DNA from: an uncultured virus (IMG/VR IMGVR_UViG_3300026488_000238)
Taxonomy: Duplodnaviria; Heunggongvirae; Uroviricota; Caudoviricetes
Length of the DNA stretch: 64,000 bases
IMG/VR virus record: IMGVR_UViG_3300026488_000238
Reading direction: 5' to 3' (one strand)
The notes beneath the pieces were generated by a model. It did not search any database. It worked only from the letters and a program-made list of their open reading frames with translations, and was not told the origin of the DNA. The translations under genes and the position numbers were made by a program. Below are positions 1-9,997 of this stretch, one piece after another; the stretch's first letter is position 1, and every line of letters starts with the position of its first letter.

Positions 1-1
1 T

Positions 2-898
2 ATTGAACATAATAGTTTTCCATTTTCATATTTTATTAAACGCTTAAAAGAAGAAAATAAAGAATTAAAAGAAGAAAACAAAGAGCTAAGGCAAAAAGCA
101 AGTGTACTCGAAAGGAAAGAAAAGTGGCGCGAGAGATTAGATGATGTTTTTAATTTATTGCGTAAAATCAATAGACCCTTAAAGTATGCTATTGACGATG
201 TTTTATACGAAAATAAGAGCATCCGTCAACAGCCTGAATTAGCCGCCGCTGTTGTCTTTGATATAATAAATGATTACATTAAAACAAAACAACCGGAAGA
301 AAAAGCGCAACTAAAAGGCATACTTTCTTCGCTTGCAACATTAAATGATGGTATTTTAATCGTTACTGATCCAATAACAGGAAAGATGCAACTTGATAAT
401 GGCAATAAATACCTTACCATTAGCGGCTCAGTGCCAGATATGCCCGGCGCTTATTATGTAACAATATCAGATGAAGCACATAATATTGCAAAACAATTAT
501 ATGACACTTTCTATAGTGTGTTAGCTAAAGAAACAGGTCAAGATGTTGAAAAATACAAGCAACGTTTAAAAGAATTACAAAATCAAGTAGAAGAATTGCA
601 GCAACAAAATGTTAGTCTTATTTATCAAAATCAACAAATGCAGGAAGAATTAAATGTATTGCATAAAAAATTAAGAGAATATCAGAAGAACCACAAGCAA
701 TTAGTTGAAAAATTACAAAAGACGGAGCAAAATATTGTGCCGCAAGCGTTAGCGGTTGCCCTCTTAACAGAAGACGACGAATTGGAAGCATTTATACAAC
801 GTTCTTTTCCAGATAAATATGAGCAGCATTACGAACGAGCGCAAGAATTGGCAAAAATGTTGCAAGAAATTGCACAACAAAATGGATGGGCAATTTAG
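2..898 (+). CDS. Coiled-coil hypothetical protein, 5'-truncated by the window edge
   Basis: The frame of ORF 158..898 is open back to position 2 (IEHNSFPFSYFIKRLKEENKELKEENKELRQK...). 21-bp heptad duplication at 44-85; long Q/E/K-rich coiled coil. Confidence 0.8.
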   Translation: MEHNSFPFSYFIKRLKEENKELKEENKELRQKASVLERKEKWRERLDDVFNLLRKINRPLKYAIDDVLYENKSIRQQPELAAAVVFDIINDYIKTKQPEEKAQLKGILSSLATLNDGILIVTDPITGKMQLDNGNKYLTISGSVPDMPGAYYVTISDEAHNIAKQLYDTFYSVLAKETGQDVEKYKQRLKELQNQVEELQQQNVSLIYQNQQMQEELNVLHKKLREYQKNHKQLVEKLQKTEQNIVPQALAVALLTEDDELEAFIQRSFPDKYEQHYERAQELAKMLQEIAQQNGWAI

Positions 899-901
899 TA
901 A

Positions 902-1066
902 TTATATTAATTTTTGTTTAAGTTTTTCAATGCGTTTTTGTAGGATCTGATTATCTTTTTCAATATCACGATGTTTTTGTTTAATACGTTCTTGCAACAA
1001 GCGCTTGCATTCTTCGAGTTGTTGTTTGTTAAGTTTTTCTGTTTCATAACAATCTTCTATATGCAT
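902..1066 (-). CDS. 54-aa small coiled-coil protein (MHIEDCYETEKLNKQQLEECKRLLQERIKQKHRDIEKDNQILQKRIEKLNKKLI)
   Basis: Not in the ORF track. AAGGAGGTGA RBS upstream on the minus strand; fills the gap between two genes; charged helical composition. Confidence 0.6.
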   Translation of the reverse strand: MHIEDCYETEKLNKQQLEECKRLLQERIKQKHRDIEKDNQILQKRIEKLKQKLI

Positions 1067-1181
1067 AAATATTCATTCACCTCCTTCGCTATATTTAATA
1101 TATTGATAAGAAGCGTTTTTATGGTATAAATTTTTGGTATAATAAAAATAGTGGAAAATGTGAGAGGAGGGCATACTAAAG

Positions 1182-2465
1182 ATGGCTATATATATTCGCC
1201 CATCTCAGTTGGTAACATTAGGCGGACACTATCAGCGATGCAAACTGCAGCCGTTATTGATATTGGCACACGCTCCATCGACAATACAGGTACAATATAT
1301 AAATTATGGCAATATGCAAGATGCTATTGTTGCTTCCCAGGCAGACATAATGAGAACGCAAAGAAAGTCATTCATTCTTAAGGCCGCAGAAGTACCGGTG
1401 ACAACCACGCTTTCAGAAGTGCTGAAATTTCTTAAAACAATTGACGCTTATCAAGATACACAGCAAGCTATAGCAGAAATTGAAGCTAAAATACAGCAAG
1501 GAAAAGGAAAATACGGGGACTGGTTTGATATTATTTTTGCTGGGCTTATTGATGCATTGGGCTACGATAGAGAAAAAGATGCGTGGATTGTATTTGAAGC
1601 AAAGGCTACGAATCTCGGCACCAATGCAGATGAAGAATTAAATATTTTCAAAGAAAAAAGATGGTATTATCTTTTACAAATAATACTTTATTTATCAGCG
1701 GTTAAAAATGGCCATTTTCCACGCCATTTTGAGCCAATGAAATTTGTTGATAAACTTATTAACATTCCGCGCACAGAAAACACTATGTCACAATGGCATA
1801 AAAATCAGCGTGTTGAAGGTTATTTTGTATTTCGCAACACCAACCAAGACGCTGTCCAATCCTATATTTTGCAAGATCACATAATTAATTGGCGTGATAT
1901 TTATGAGCAGAGGCGCAATGAAGTATTTACAATGTTTAATAATTTAATAGACACAGTGATAGATGCTATAGAATTTGCAAAAAGCATTATGGAACTTGAA
2001 TATGCTAGAGAAAACTTTTATTACACGCCACCGTTAATTGCTGCCACAATAGATGCCAATGCAATGGAAGATATTGATGCAATTCCATTATTTCAATATC
2101 ACAATAACTCAATTCATAAAATCATAAGAAATACTTTGAAATACTACACACCTTTTAGAAAAGCATTACAGGCAGCGATCAGCGACGATGGCTTAATTAT
2201 TCGTGAAGAAGCTACACAGATACTGCGCAGGCTAAAAAGTGGTGAAGATATTAATAGTATTCTTAAAACTTTTATCGGTAAAGCTATAACAGATGATGGT
2301 AGGCCGCCAAAATGTTCTTGGTGTAGCTTTTATGATTCCTGCCCCCATGCGCGTTTAATTAGCCATCTTGAAGAATTGGCTGTAGATGGTAGATATAATA
2401 TTCAATTAGCTGTTGAGCGCATTGCCTATCATGGGCTTAATCCACATCAACAATCATTATTTTAA
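1182..2465 (+). CDS. Cas4/AddB-like PD-(D/E)XK nuclease with 4-Cys Fe-S motif
   Basis: N-terminal RPSQL...C, GLID...VFEAK catalytic motifs, QxxxY motif (LQIILY), C-terminal CSWCSFYDSC; GGAGG RBS. Confidence 0.8.
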   Translation: MAIYIRPSQLVTLGGHYQRCKLQPLLILAHAPSTIQVQYINYGNMQDAIVASQADIMRTQRKSFILKAAEVPVTTTLSEVLKFLKTIDAYQDTQQAIAEIEAKIQQGKGKYGDWFDIIFAGLIDALGYDREKDAWIVFEAKATNLGTNADEELNIFKEKRWYYLLQIILYLSAVKNGHFPRHFEPMKFVDKLINIPRTENTMSQWHKNQRVEGYFVFRNTNQDAVQSYILQDHIINWRDIYEQRRNEVFTMFNNLIDTVIDAIEFAKSIMELEYARENFYYTPPLIAATIDANAMEDIDAIPLFQYHNNSIHKIIRNTLKYYTPFRKALQAAISDDGLIIREEATQILRRLKSGEDINSILKTFIGKAITDDGRPPKCSWCSFYDSCPHARLISHLEELAVDGRYNIQLAVERIAYHGLNPHQQSLF

Positions 2466-2491
2466 AATGGAAAGGAGTGTGATATAATATT

Positions 2492-2944
2492 ATGCAGGAG
2501 CGAATTTTAACAGTAAAAATTAAGAAACTAAAAGAGTGTGCAAAGTTGCCACATTATGCAAGCCTAGAGGCAGCCGGAGCAGATTTGCGCGCATGCATAG
2601 AGAAACCAATAGCTTTGCATCCAGGAGAAAGAATGCTTATTCCGACGGGATTTAGTATGGAATTGCCGTATGGGTGGGAGGCACAGATAAGACCCAGGAG
2701 TGGTTTAGCTTTTAAACATGGGATTACAGTTTTAAATGCGCCGGGAACAATTGATTCTGATTATCGTGGAGAAGTAAAAGTGCTGCTAATAAATTTGGGC
2801 AATGAGCCATTTATTATTGAGCCTGGCATGCGCATTGCTCAAATGGTGATAGCGCCGGTGCAGCAAGCAAAATTTATAGAGGTAGAAGAATTAAGCGAAA
2901 GCCATCGCGGTGAAGGTGGCTTTGGCAGCACAGGCACAAAATAG
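2492..2944 (+). CDS. dut: Trimeric dUTP diphosphatase
   Basis: All dUTPase motifs: [34 protein letters not shown]. Confidence 0.98.
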   Translation: MQERILTVKIKKLKECAKLPHYASLEAAGADLRACIEKPIALHPGERMLIPTGFSMELPYGWEAQIRPRSGLAFKHGITVLNAPGTIDSDYRGEVKVLLINLGNEPFIIEPGMRIAQMVIAPVQQAKFIEVEELSESHRGEGGFGSTGTK

Positions 2945-2969
2945 ATAAAAGGAGAGGTGAGTATACATT

Positions 2970-3998
2970 ATGGGAAATGATGTAACAAAAAGATTAGATG
3001 CATTTATCAAAGAGGCAAGAAAACAAATGGGTAATGAAGTTGTCGTGCGATTTAGTGAAGGCGCCCTTGAAAAGCCGAAGGTTGTGTCTACGGGGGCGCT
3101 TAATCTTGATGTAGCGTTAGGTATTGGTGGCATTCCTCTTGGAAGAGTAACAGAAATTTATGGAAATGAAGGTTCTGGTAAAACCACCCTTGCTTTGCAT
3201 GTCGCAGCGGAAGCGATGAAAAAAGGTATGCCAGTATTGTATATTGACGCTGAGAATGCCCTTGACCCTTCATATGCGCAGGCTATTGGTATGGATACCG
3301 AAAGCGATTTGTTTATTCTTTCACAGCCTGACGATGCAGAGACGGCCTTGCAGCTTGCAGAAAAGTTTGCCGCCACCGTTGGAGAAGGTGTTATTATTGT
3401 TGATTCTGTTGCTGCCTTGGTGACGCGTCAGGAATTGCAAGGGGATATTGGTGATAGCACTGTAGCAGTCTTGGCCCGTTTGCTATCTGCTTCCCTGCGT
3501 AGGCTTGTTAGACTGCTTGCTCAAAATCAAACGGCGCTGATTTTTATTAATCAAATTCGTGAAAAAGTTGGCGTTATGTATGGCAATCCAGAAACAACAC
3601 CAGGCGGACGCGCTTTGAAATTCTATTCATCTATTAGGCTTGAAGTGCGCAGGCAGTCACAAATTAAGAAAGGAACAGATGTTATCGGGCATGAGGTAAA
3701 AGTAAAGGTAGTTAAGAATAAACTATATCCGCCTTATAAAGAAGCTGTGCTTCGCATTATTTATGGCCAAGGCATTGATAAACTTTATTCTTTGTTGGAA
3801 GCGGCTTTGGCTCTTGAAGTAATTACGCGTCATGGCAGTTATTATGATTTTGGCGAAGAGCGTTTGGCACAAGGAAAGGAAAGTTTGCTTCGTGTTATAG
3901 CTAGCGATGAGAAACTGCAGGAAGAAATTAGAAATGCAGCGCTGAAAAAAGTGGCAGAAATGCTCGGCAATACTGAGGAACAAAAAGAGGAAAATTAA
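2970..3998 (+). CDS. recA: Recombinase RecA
   Basis: STGALNLDVALGIGGIPLGR, Walker A GNEGSGKTT, IVDSVAAL, FINQIREKVGVMYGNPETTPGGRALKFYSS. Confidence 0.98.
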   Translation: MGNDVTKRLDAFIKEARKQMGNEVVVRFSEGALEKPKVVSTGALNLDVALGIGGIPLGRVTEIYGNEGSGKTTLALHVAAEAMKKGMPVLYIDAENALDPSYAQAIGMDTESDLFILSQPDDAETALQLAEKFAATVGEGVIIVDSVAALVTRQELQGDIGDSTVAVLARLLSASLRRLVRLLAQNQTALIFINQIREKVGVMYGNPETTPGGRALKFYSSIRLEVRRQSQIKKGTDVIGHEVKVKVVKNKLYPPYKEAVLRIIYGQGIDKLYSLLEAALALEVITRHGSYYDFGEERLAQGKESLLRVIASDEKLQEEIRNAALKKVAEMLGNTEEQKEEN

Positions 3999-4020
3999 AA
4001 TTTTTGTCAATAGTTTTTGT

Positions 4021-4803
4021 TTATCCAGTTTTTACCAATAAAGAAAGATTATCTAGTAAATAGCGTTCAACAAATGAAAAATCCTCATTAAATAATTGCA
4101 GGGCGCAAATATTAAATGTGCGAGTGGTGTTTTTCACTATATGATTGGCCTCATTATTGTATATTCTTAATTGTTTCAAAAACCATTGGCGAACATGGTC
4201 AGATATCATATATCCTTCAATTTCTTTTTCATAGTTTGTTAACAGCGGAAATGTTTCACCATTGTACTTAACATATAAGATAGAATTAGATGTCCAAAAA
4301 TAAATATCACCGTGATCTGACAAGAAACGCTGATATGTGTCGTCGTATAACACCATCCACGGCTCAAATTTTATTAACATATTTGCAACAGCTGATAAAA
4401 CCGGCATTTTGCTGACACAATCAATTGCTTTTTGCATAATTTGTTTATGTTGCGCCTCAAAAAACATTGCTTGTCTATTGAGTTTTCTCCCCATTTCTAA
4501 TGCCTCTAGATGTGTAATAATTTTCCCGTCTGCAAACGAATAATAAACGCCGTCTTGGAGAACATGTATAGATTTCTTATAATAATGTTTAAATTGTGCT
4601 AACGATAGGCGCAAAGCTGGAATTGCCTGGACTTGGAATGGATAGTTGTTCATTTCTGTATAAAGTATTGCGACATTTGGCCTCGGCGGGAAAGCAAGCG
4701 GCGCAGGAAACTCGGAATGGGTCATTAATAATTCTAATATGTTCATGTATAAAATTAAATCATGTTCACCATATTGTAACTGAAACCGTAAACGCAAATT
4801 CAA
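4021..4803 (-). CDS. Hypothetical protein
   Basis: 260-aa ORF with TTG start and AAAGGAGG RBS; no recognisable motif. Confidence 0.8.
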   Translation of the reverse strand: MNLRLRFQLQYGEHDLILYMNILELLMTHSEFPAPLAFPPRPNVAILYTEMNNYPFQVQAIPALRLSLAQFKHYYKKSIHVLQDGVYYSFADGKIITHLEALEMGRKLNRQAMFFEAQHKQIMQKAIDCVSKMPVLSAVANMLIKFEPWMVLYDDTYQRFLSDHGDIYFWTSNSILYVKYNGETFPLLTNYEKEIEGYMISDHVRQWFLKQLRIYNNEANHIVKNTTRTFNICALQLFNEDFSFVERYLLDNLSLLVKTG

Positions 4804-4918
4804 AATAATCCCTCCTTTCAGTTTTTTTAAATTAACTTTAAATATCCGTTATAAATATAAGTCCAAGACTGCAATCGTATATTTAAGACAGAACAACAAC
4901 TTTAAGAGGTGATGAAAA

Positions 4919-6040
4919 TTGAATAGAAAAAAGTTTGTTTTCTTATTAATCGCAATAGCAGTTGTAATAACCGGAATTTTTCTTTTTAATAAGCAAAGTA
5001 ACAAGGTAAATATTAAGAATTATGAGCCTTTGGTGCCAATACCTAAAAATGTTAATATCTTTGCGTATGTTACAGGGCAAGAAATTGTTCAGCCGGTCAG
5101 AAATCTATTAGGATTAAACCCTGATGTACCCTTAAAACGCGCAGGAATTTATATTAGCAAACAAGGCAATATTTTTTATTATGTTGAGCTACCACAAAAT
5201 ATTAATGTGAATAAATCCGTACATAATTTGTGGATAATTCACCATTCATTAGCGGAGGGGATAGACAATTCTTATACTGTGCGCACGGATTTTGGTGCAT
5301 GGTATATTCAAGCAGACGACAATATTTTGTTGATTTCTCCTGTTAAAGGAATTACATGGCAATTTGCGCGCATTAATAAAGGCGAAATATTAGGAAAAAA
5401 AGTACAAATAATATCGACAGAAACAGCCACTGATTTTTCTGTCGTTTTATTGGCAGAAAAAATACCGCTTAAAAATGTAGCAACTGGGGCATGGATAAGT
5501 GAAGAACAAACATTCTTAGTACCTGTAGCGTCAATGACATTAAGCAATAACGGCTATATCATAGGCGGGCCTTATTTTGCAAAGTTTATACAGGGCTTTT
5601 TAGATCTAACGGTAGAAGATGTGAAAAATATTGTTATTTCGTGGAATATGTCACCGCAAACTCCAAATGCGATATTTAATGGTGCAATCAATCTTGAAGA
5701 CATTATTATGCAGCAAAATATGGGGCATTTTGCAATTGGTATTGATGGCAAATGGAAAGAAGGAAATTGGACTGGAATTCTTACTGCTACCAATCCTGTA
5801 CAGCTATCTGAGGATGTTGCATTACAATACGCAGAAAAACAAGGGCTTAAATATGTTCTGTTGCAGTGGAAAACAGGTGGAATTAAATGGAAAGAGATAA
5901 ATTGCTCAGCGCAAAGCGTTTGTGGTAATTTTTCAATAGGTAGGCCATATGCACAATTTCCAATATATATTAACGTTATTTTATCGCGCGATGGTGGTTT
6001 GGCAATGAAATTGTACGGTAAGAAAATACGAAAACCTTAA
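4919..6040 (+). CDS. Membrane-anchored extracytoplasmic hypothetical protein
   Basis: Basic N-terminus followed by one hydrophobic helix; beta-rich remainder; GAGGTGA RBS. Confidence 0.8.
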   Translation: MNRKKFVFLLIAIAVVITGIFLFNKQSNKVNIKNYEPLVPIPKNVNIFAYVTGQEIVQPVRNLLGLNPDVPLKRAGIYISKQGNIFYYVELPQNINVNKSVHNLWIIHHSLAEGIDNSYTVRTDFGAWYIQADDNILLISPVKGITWQFARINKGEILGKKVQIISTETATDFSVVLLAEKIPLKNVATGAWISEEQTFLVPVASMTLSNNGYIIGGPYFAKFIQGFLDLTVEDVKNIVISWNMSPQTPNAIFNGAINLEDIIMQQNMGHFAIGIDGKWKEGNWTGILTATNPVQLSEDVALQYAEKQGLKYVLLQWKTGGIKWKEINCSAQSVCGNFSIGRPYAQFPIYINVILSRDGGLAMKLYGKKIRKP

Positions 6041-6102
6041 TTTAGAAAGAAAGTTTTAGCCTATTATTAATGTGTAAGAAAACAAGGGAGGTGTAATTTT
6101 AA

Positions 6103-8028
6103 ATGATAACTAACATTATAAGAATTGATGAAAAAATGGTTTCTGATTTTTCTAGGGTTTTATCTACGCTTACTAATATACAAGAGATCAATATGAATAC
6201 ATGTCAAGATTTAGCTAACGCTATTGCGCCCATTCTTAATGATTATAATTTCCAGCAAACAATGCCACAAACATATGTTAAGTTGCAAGAATTACACAAT
6301 ATTTTAACAGATCAAAAAATGTTTATTAACGATAAACGTTCATTTATGAAGGAGTTAAAAAGAGCTATAGAAGAACTTGATAAAGTGGCGACAGATGAAA
6401 TGATGAATTATCCAAGTACATTCAATATTCTAAATAGAGAATACAGACTGCTTGATGAATCTATTAACGCTATACAACGTCAAAGATTAGGGCAGTTGGC
6501 TGAATTGGAATATGCTAATTTATTTTTATTAGGAGCACATGTAGCAAAACATATTGACGTTTCTTTACAAATATCACAGGAATTAAAAGACATTCTCGGC
6601 AGATATGAAAGCAAATATCAATATACGATTAAAGAAGGAAGATTATATTGGCATATCAAAAACGGTGCTTTGCCGCAAATAATGCAAAACCGCTATCTTG
6701 ATTATTCGATCACGGAACAAGAAAGCATGATAATGCACCGTTTTCTTGATATGGATAGCTACAATCATGGCCTAAAAAGAGTTAATGGGAAGTTACAAAA
6801 CACTAAAGAGAATTTAAAACAAATGGCCGCGATGTTTCTTAAAGATAAAGATATGCCTGTGAATTTTGATGGGCAAGCAGGTGTAATTGTTGCGCTGCCA
6901 TATATAAGAAATATTAGCGCTTTAAGAACTGTATTAGCTGCGACATTGCAAGAACAGGATTTGTTAACAGAAGATGTTGAAATTCGTTTACGTGGAGATA
7001 ATGCGGTTTTAGGAACATTAGTATTGTCTGTTCACGGAGAGACTGTTTTTCTAGTGGGAAAAAATATAGGTGACATCGATAAAGAAAAATATATAACAGA
7101 CATATGGGCGACTGTATTTTTAACACCTAGGGCAGAATTAATAGTTGTTGGTAATTTCACAGATGCAGATGAGTTTAAAAAAGATGTGATAGGCAAAATC
7201 ACGCGCGATATTGTGCCGGCAATTAATCAAATGCATGATAAATTCTGGATTAGCCGTGTTGCATTCAGTGATATTAACAATTTACCAGATGAATCTATGC
7301 TTAAAATGAAAAACCTAATTTTACGATGGAATGCATCAACAGATAGGCAAAAGGCGGCAATTATTGCGGAATTGATAAGTTTATATTTTGCATCTGTTGA
7401 CAGTCTTTTATTAGCCTCCAATCACCTCGCTGACGGAAACGGTATTAAAACATTTCTTCAAATTGAAAGTATATTGGACACATATGCGGCTGTAGAAGCG
7501 TATCGATCATTGACCCGTGTGTTAGAAAACAGACGCATGCGCGCTGAAGGCTTTCTTGCAAGGCTGAATAACATCCAATATCCTACAATGAAAACAATAT
7601 TGGAAGAGCCCGGCGTGCGTGATGCAGTAATTACGTCATTAAATAACATATTAAATGACTCTAGACAAAGACAAATTTTAATGCAAGCTCCACAACTATT
7701 AGGCTTATTGCTGGAATACAATTTACGTCAAACAATGCCTATCATGAGGGAAACTAATACTTATATTGCTTTGTTAATAACGTATATCACATTCATTGTT
7801 GGAATTGGAAACATATTCTTTACTACAGGAGAAGATATATTATCAGTTATTGAGGCTTTAAGGGAACATATTAGAGGCAATACTAATATTGAACTATTTA
7901 AAGTAATGATAGAGACTGAAAATCTGTTGCAGTTAGCTGTGGCAAGCACTATTGCAAACATGTCGGAAAAAGCGCAAAGATTATTAAATAATTACATCGA
8001 AATGCTGCTGTATAGTGCGTACAAATAA
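6103..8028 (+). CDS. Large alpha-helical hypothetical protein
   Basis: 641-aa ORF with GGAGGTG RBS; no motif recognised. Confidence 0.8.
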   Translation: MITNIIRIDEKMVSDFSRVLSTLTNIQEINMNTCQDLANAIAPILNDYNFQQTMPQTYVKLQELHNILTDQKMFINDKRSFMKELKRAIEELDKVATDEMMNYPSTFNILNREYRLLDESINAIQRQRLGQLAELEYANLFLLGAHVAKHIDVSLQISQELKDILGRYESKYQYTIKEGRLYWHIKNGALPQIMQNRYLDYSITEQESMIMHRFLDMDSYNHGLKRVNGKLQNTKENLKQMAAMFLKDKDMPVNFDGQAGVIVALPYIRNISALRTVLAATLQEQDLLTEDVEIRLRGDNAVLGTLVLSVHGETVFLVGKNIGDIDKEKYITDIWATVFLTPRAELIVVGNFTDADEFKKDVIGKITRDIVPAINQMHDKFWISRVAFSDINNLPDESMLKMKNLILRWNASTDRQKAAIIAELISLYFASVDSLLLASNHLADGNGIKTFLQIESILDTYAAVEAYRSLTRVLENRRMRAEGFLARLNNIQYPTMKTILEEPGVRDAVITSLNNILNDSRQRQILMQAPQLLGLLLEYNLRQTMPIMRETNTYIALLITYITFIVGIGNIFFTTGEDILSVIEALREHIRGNTNIELFKVMIETENLLQLAVASTIANMSEKAQRLLNNYIEMLLYSAYK

Positions 8029-8046
8029 GAAGGAGGTGTAATAAAT

Positions 8047-9126
8047 ATGCTAAAACCAATTGATAAGGCGCGATATCCTGGGATTGTTCATTTACAAGAA
8101 GAAATTCAGCAGCAATTCCAGGACAAAGCGCCATCATTGTTGATAGTAAAAATACCTGAGGATCAACGAGAACGTTTACAAGTTGATGATTTTTTAACAA
8201 TTGATTATCCCGTAGCCATGATGTTAAAAATGTTTGGTATTGAGAATGATAATGATGCGATGAATATTGCTATTGGATTGAGAAAAAACGGATTATTAGT
8301 AGTGGATGAAAAGAAATTTACAGAAATATTAAAGCAAATAGCTGATAAACACCAAACAACGGAGCCTGCACATTTTAGTAATGTTTTACACCATGCTTTG
8401 GCTGTTGCAGTTAACGAAATAAACAAACATGAAGATATTATAAAAGATGTATCATCAGAGACGATAAAAGGGCTACAAAAACTTAATAATATTGTAAAAT
8501 TTCACAATATCGTTAATGAAATCGCGAATTTAACTAATAGAAACATAATTGGTGCGGCGCTTAATAGTCAACATATTTTTGATACATACTTAACTCCATT
8601 ATTTAAAAATGGACAAGAAGATATAATATACTTATCGGATTATACAACAAAAGACTTAGAATTTCTTGAACAACTATTAAAACAGCCGGAAAATGCTTCA
8701 ATATTACGAGAAGACATCGACAAATTGGTAAGTCTTAATCAAAAACGTGTAATTAATGATGTTAAGCGTTCATTAACAGGTGGAATACAGATTGCTACAT
8801 TTGCTCCATTGAAAGAAAGTAAAAAAATAATACGACTTAGTCTTGAAGAGCTTGAAATGTTAATAACGCTAAATAAACTAGCACAATCCACGGCTAAAAT
8901 TAGCGCAACTGTTGCCGCCGCACAGGAAGGAGGATTACTTACACACAAATGGGTTAATAAAGACAATGATATTATTCAAATTGATGAAAAACAAGTTATG
9001 GAAGTCGATAAAACAAAACGCTTGCATGTTGCCACACCTTCTGGAGATATTAAATCCGTATTAAAACCTGATGATGATGAATTAGAAAAAGAACAGCAGC
9101 AAAATACTGGAGGAATGTCCCTTTAA
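8047..9126 (+). CDS. Hypothetical protein with relaxase-like C-terminal tail (...EKEQQQNTGGMSL)
   Basis: 359-aa ORF with AAGGAGGTG RBS; no signal peptide. Confidence 0.8.
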   Translation: MLKPIDKARYPGIVHLQEEIQQQFQDKAPSLLIVKIPEDQRERLQVDDFLTIDYPVAMMLKMFGIENDNDAMNIAIGLRKNGLLVVDEKKFTEILKQIADKHQTTEPAHFSNVLHHALAVAVNEINKHEDIIKDVSSETIKGLQKLNNIVKFHNIVNEIANLTNRNIIGAALNSQHIFDTYLTPLFKNGQEDIIYLSDYTTKDLEFLEQLLKQPENASILREDIDKLVSLNQKRVINDVKRSLTGGIQIATFAPLKESKKIIRLSLEELEMLITLNKLAQSTAKISATVAAAQEGGLLTHKWVNKDNDIIQIDEKQVMEVDKTKRLHVATPSGDIKSVLKPDDDELEKEQQQNTGGMSL

Positions 9127-9154
9127 TTATATTTATCCATGTTTCCTTTTTGTA

Positions 9155-9228
9155 TAACGTTTTGTTAAAGATCTTTTAAGATTATATTTAACATGAAATA
9201 ACGTTACGCTACTGTTAAGCTAACGTTA
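9155..9228. promoter_or_regulatory. Helically phased array of TAACGTTA-like boxes upstream of the pilin-like gene
   Basis: TAACGTTT 9155, TAAGATTA 9177, TAACGTTA 9199, TACTGTTA 9210, TAACGTTA 9221: spacings of 22, 22, 11 and 11 bp. Confidence 0.5.
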
Positions 9229-9267
9229 AAAATTTTATTCTAATCTTGAAAGGAGGGAGTGATCCTC

Positions 9268-9954
9268 ATGGAAATGGTATTAAGTTTTAACTGGAAAGGA
9301 TTTGCCGTATGGGTAATGCTATTTGCTGTTATTGCTAGCATGATGGGAGGCGCTACACCCGTTGGAATGTTCAGTGTTATGCACCATGCGTATGCTGGAA
9401 ACAAAGACGAAACTAGTAGCACAAGTATTATTACCACAATTCTGGACGTTATGCAAACTGTTGGCTTGCTTACTAGTGAAGAAGATAAGAAATACAAATT
9501 AAGCACCGGAGCATGGATAATAATGATTATTCTTGGTATGTTAGCCGGCTATTTCTATGCTTTTAGAGGTATGCAGGGACAAAACTTATTGCAAACTCTA
9601 TTTGCGTTTGCCGGTATTACAATTGTGGTTGCTCTCGTGCTTGGCGTATTATTGGCTATGGCACTAAACTTAGCTGCGGGTTCAAAAGTGACAGTATCCT
9701 CTGGTCTAGGAAGCGGCAAAGACTCTATCTCCACTTACCTTAAGCTTCTTGGCGTGGCACTTGGTATTTTCTGGGGCTTCCAACTCGTCGACGTCAAAAA
9801 CAGTGGTTTGGATATTCAAAAGATTCTTATTATTGGCGGAACTGGTGTTGCCGGATGGATGCTCGGTTTCGCTGTCGGTTGGGCAGTGGATAAATTCTTC
9901 AGCAGTGCAAGCAGCAAAGGTGGTCTTGAAGGAAACTGGTTAAAGAGTAAATAA
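9268..9954 (+). CDS. Signal-peptide membrane protein with two VirB2/TrbC-like hydrophobic hairpins (candidate tandem conjugative pilin)
   Basis: AAGGAGG RBS favours ATG 9268. Leader ends in AYA|G, followed by two pairs of Gly-rich hydrophobic helices, each split by a short polar loop. Confidence 0.5.
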   Translation: MEMVLSFNWKGFAVWVMLFAVIASMMGGATPVGMFSVMHHAYAGNKDETSSTSIITTILDVMQTVGLLTSEEDKKYKLSTGAWIIMIILGMLAGYFYAFRGMQGQNLLQTLFAFAGITIVVALVLGVLLAMALNLAAGSKVTVSSGLGSGKDSISTYLKLLGVALGIFWGFQLVDVKNSGLDIQKILIIGGTGVAGWMLGFAVGWAVDKFFSSASSKGGLEGNWLKSK

Positions 9955-9997
9955 TCAATTTGTTCCTTTTTGTAATTTTTGTCTGTATATTTAAAAC

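Noticed and set aside
1151..1381. 76-aa ORF overlapping the nuclease start
   Set aside because: Out-of-frame shadow of 1182..2465, which has the RBS and motifs.
1182..2465. CRISPR-Cas locus suggested by the Cas4-like gene
   Set aside because: No cas1/cas2 or effector genes and no repeat-spacer array seen anywhere in the window.
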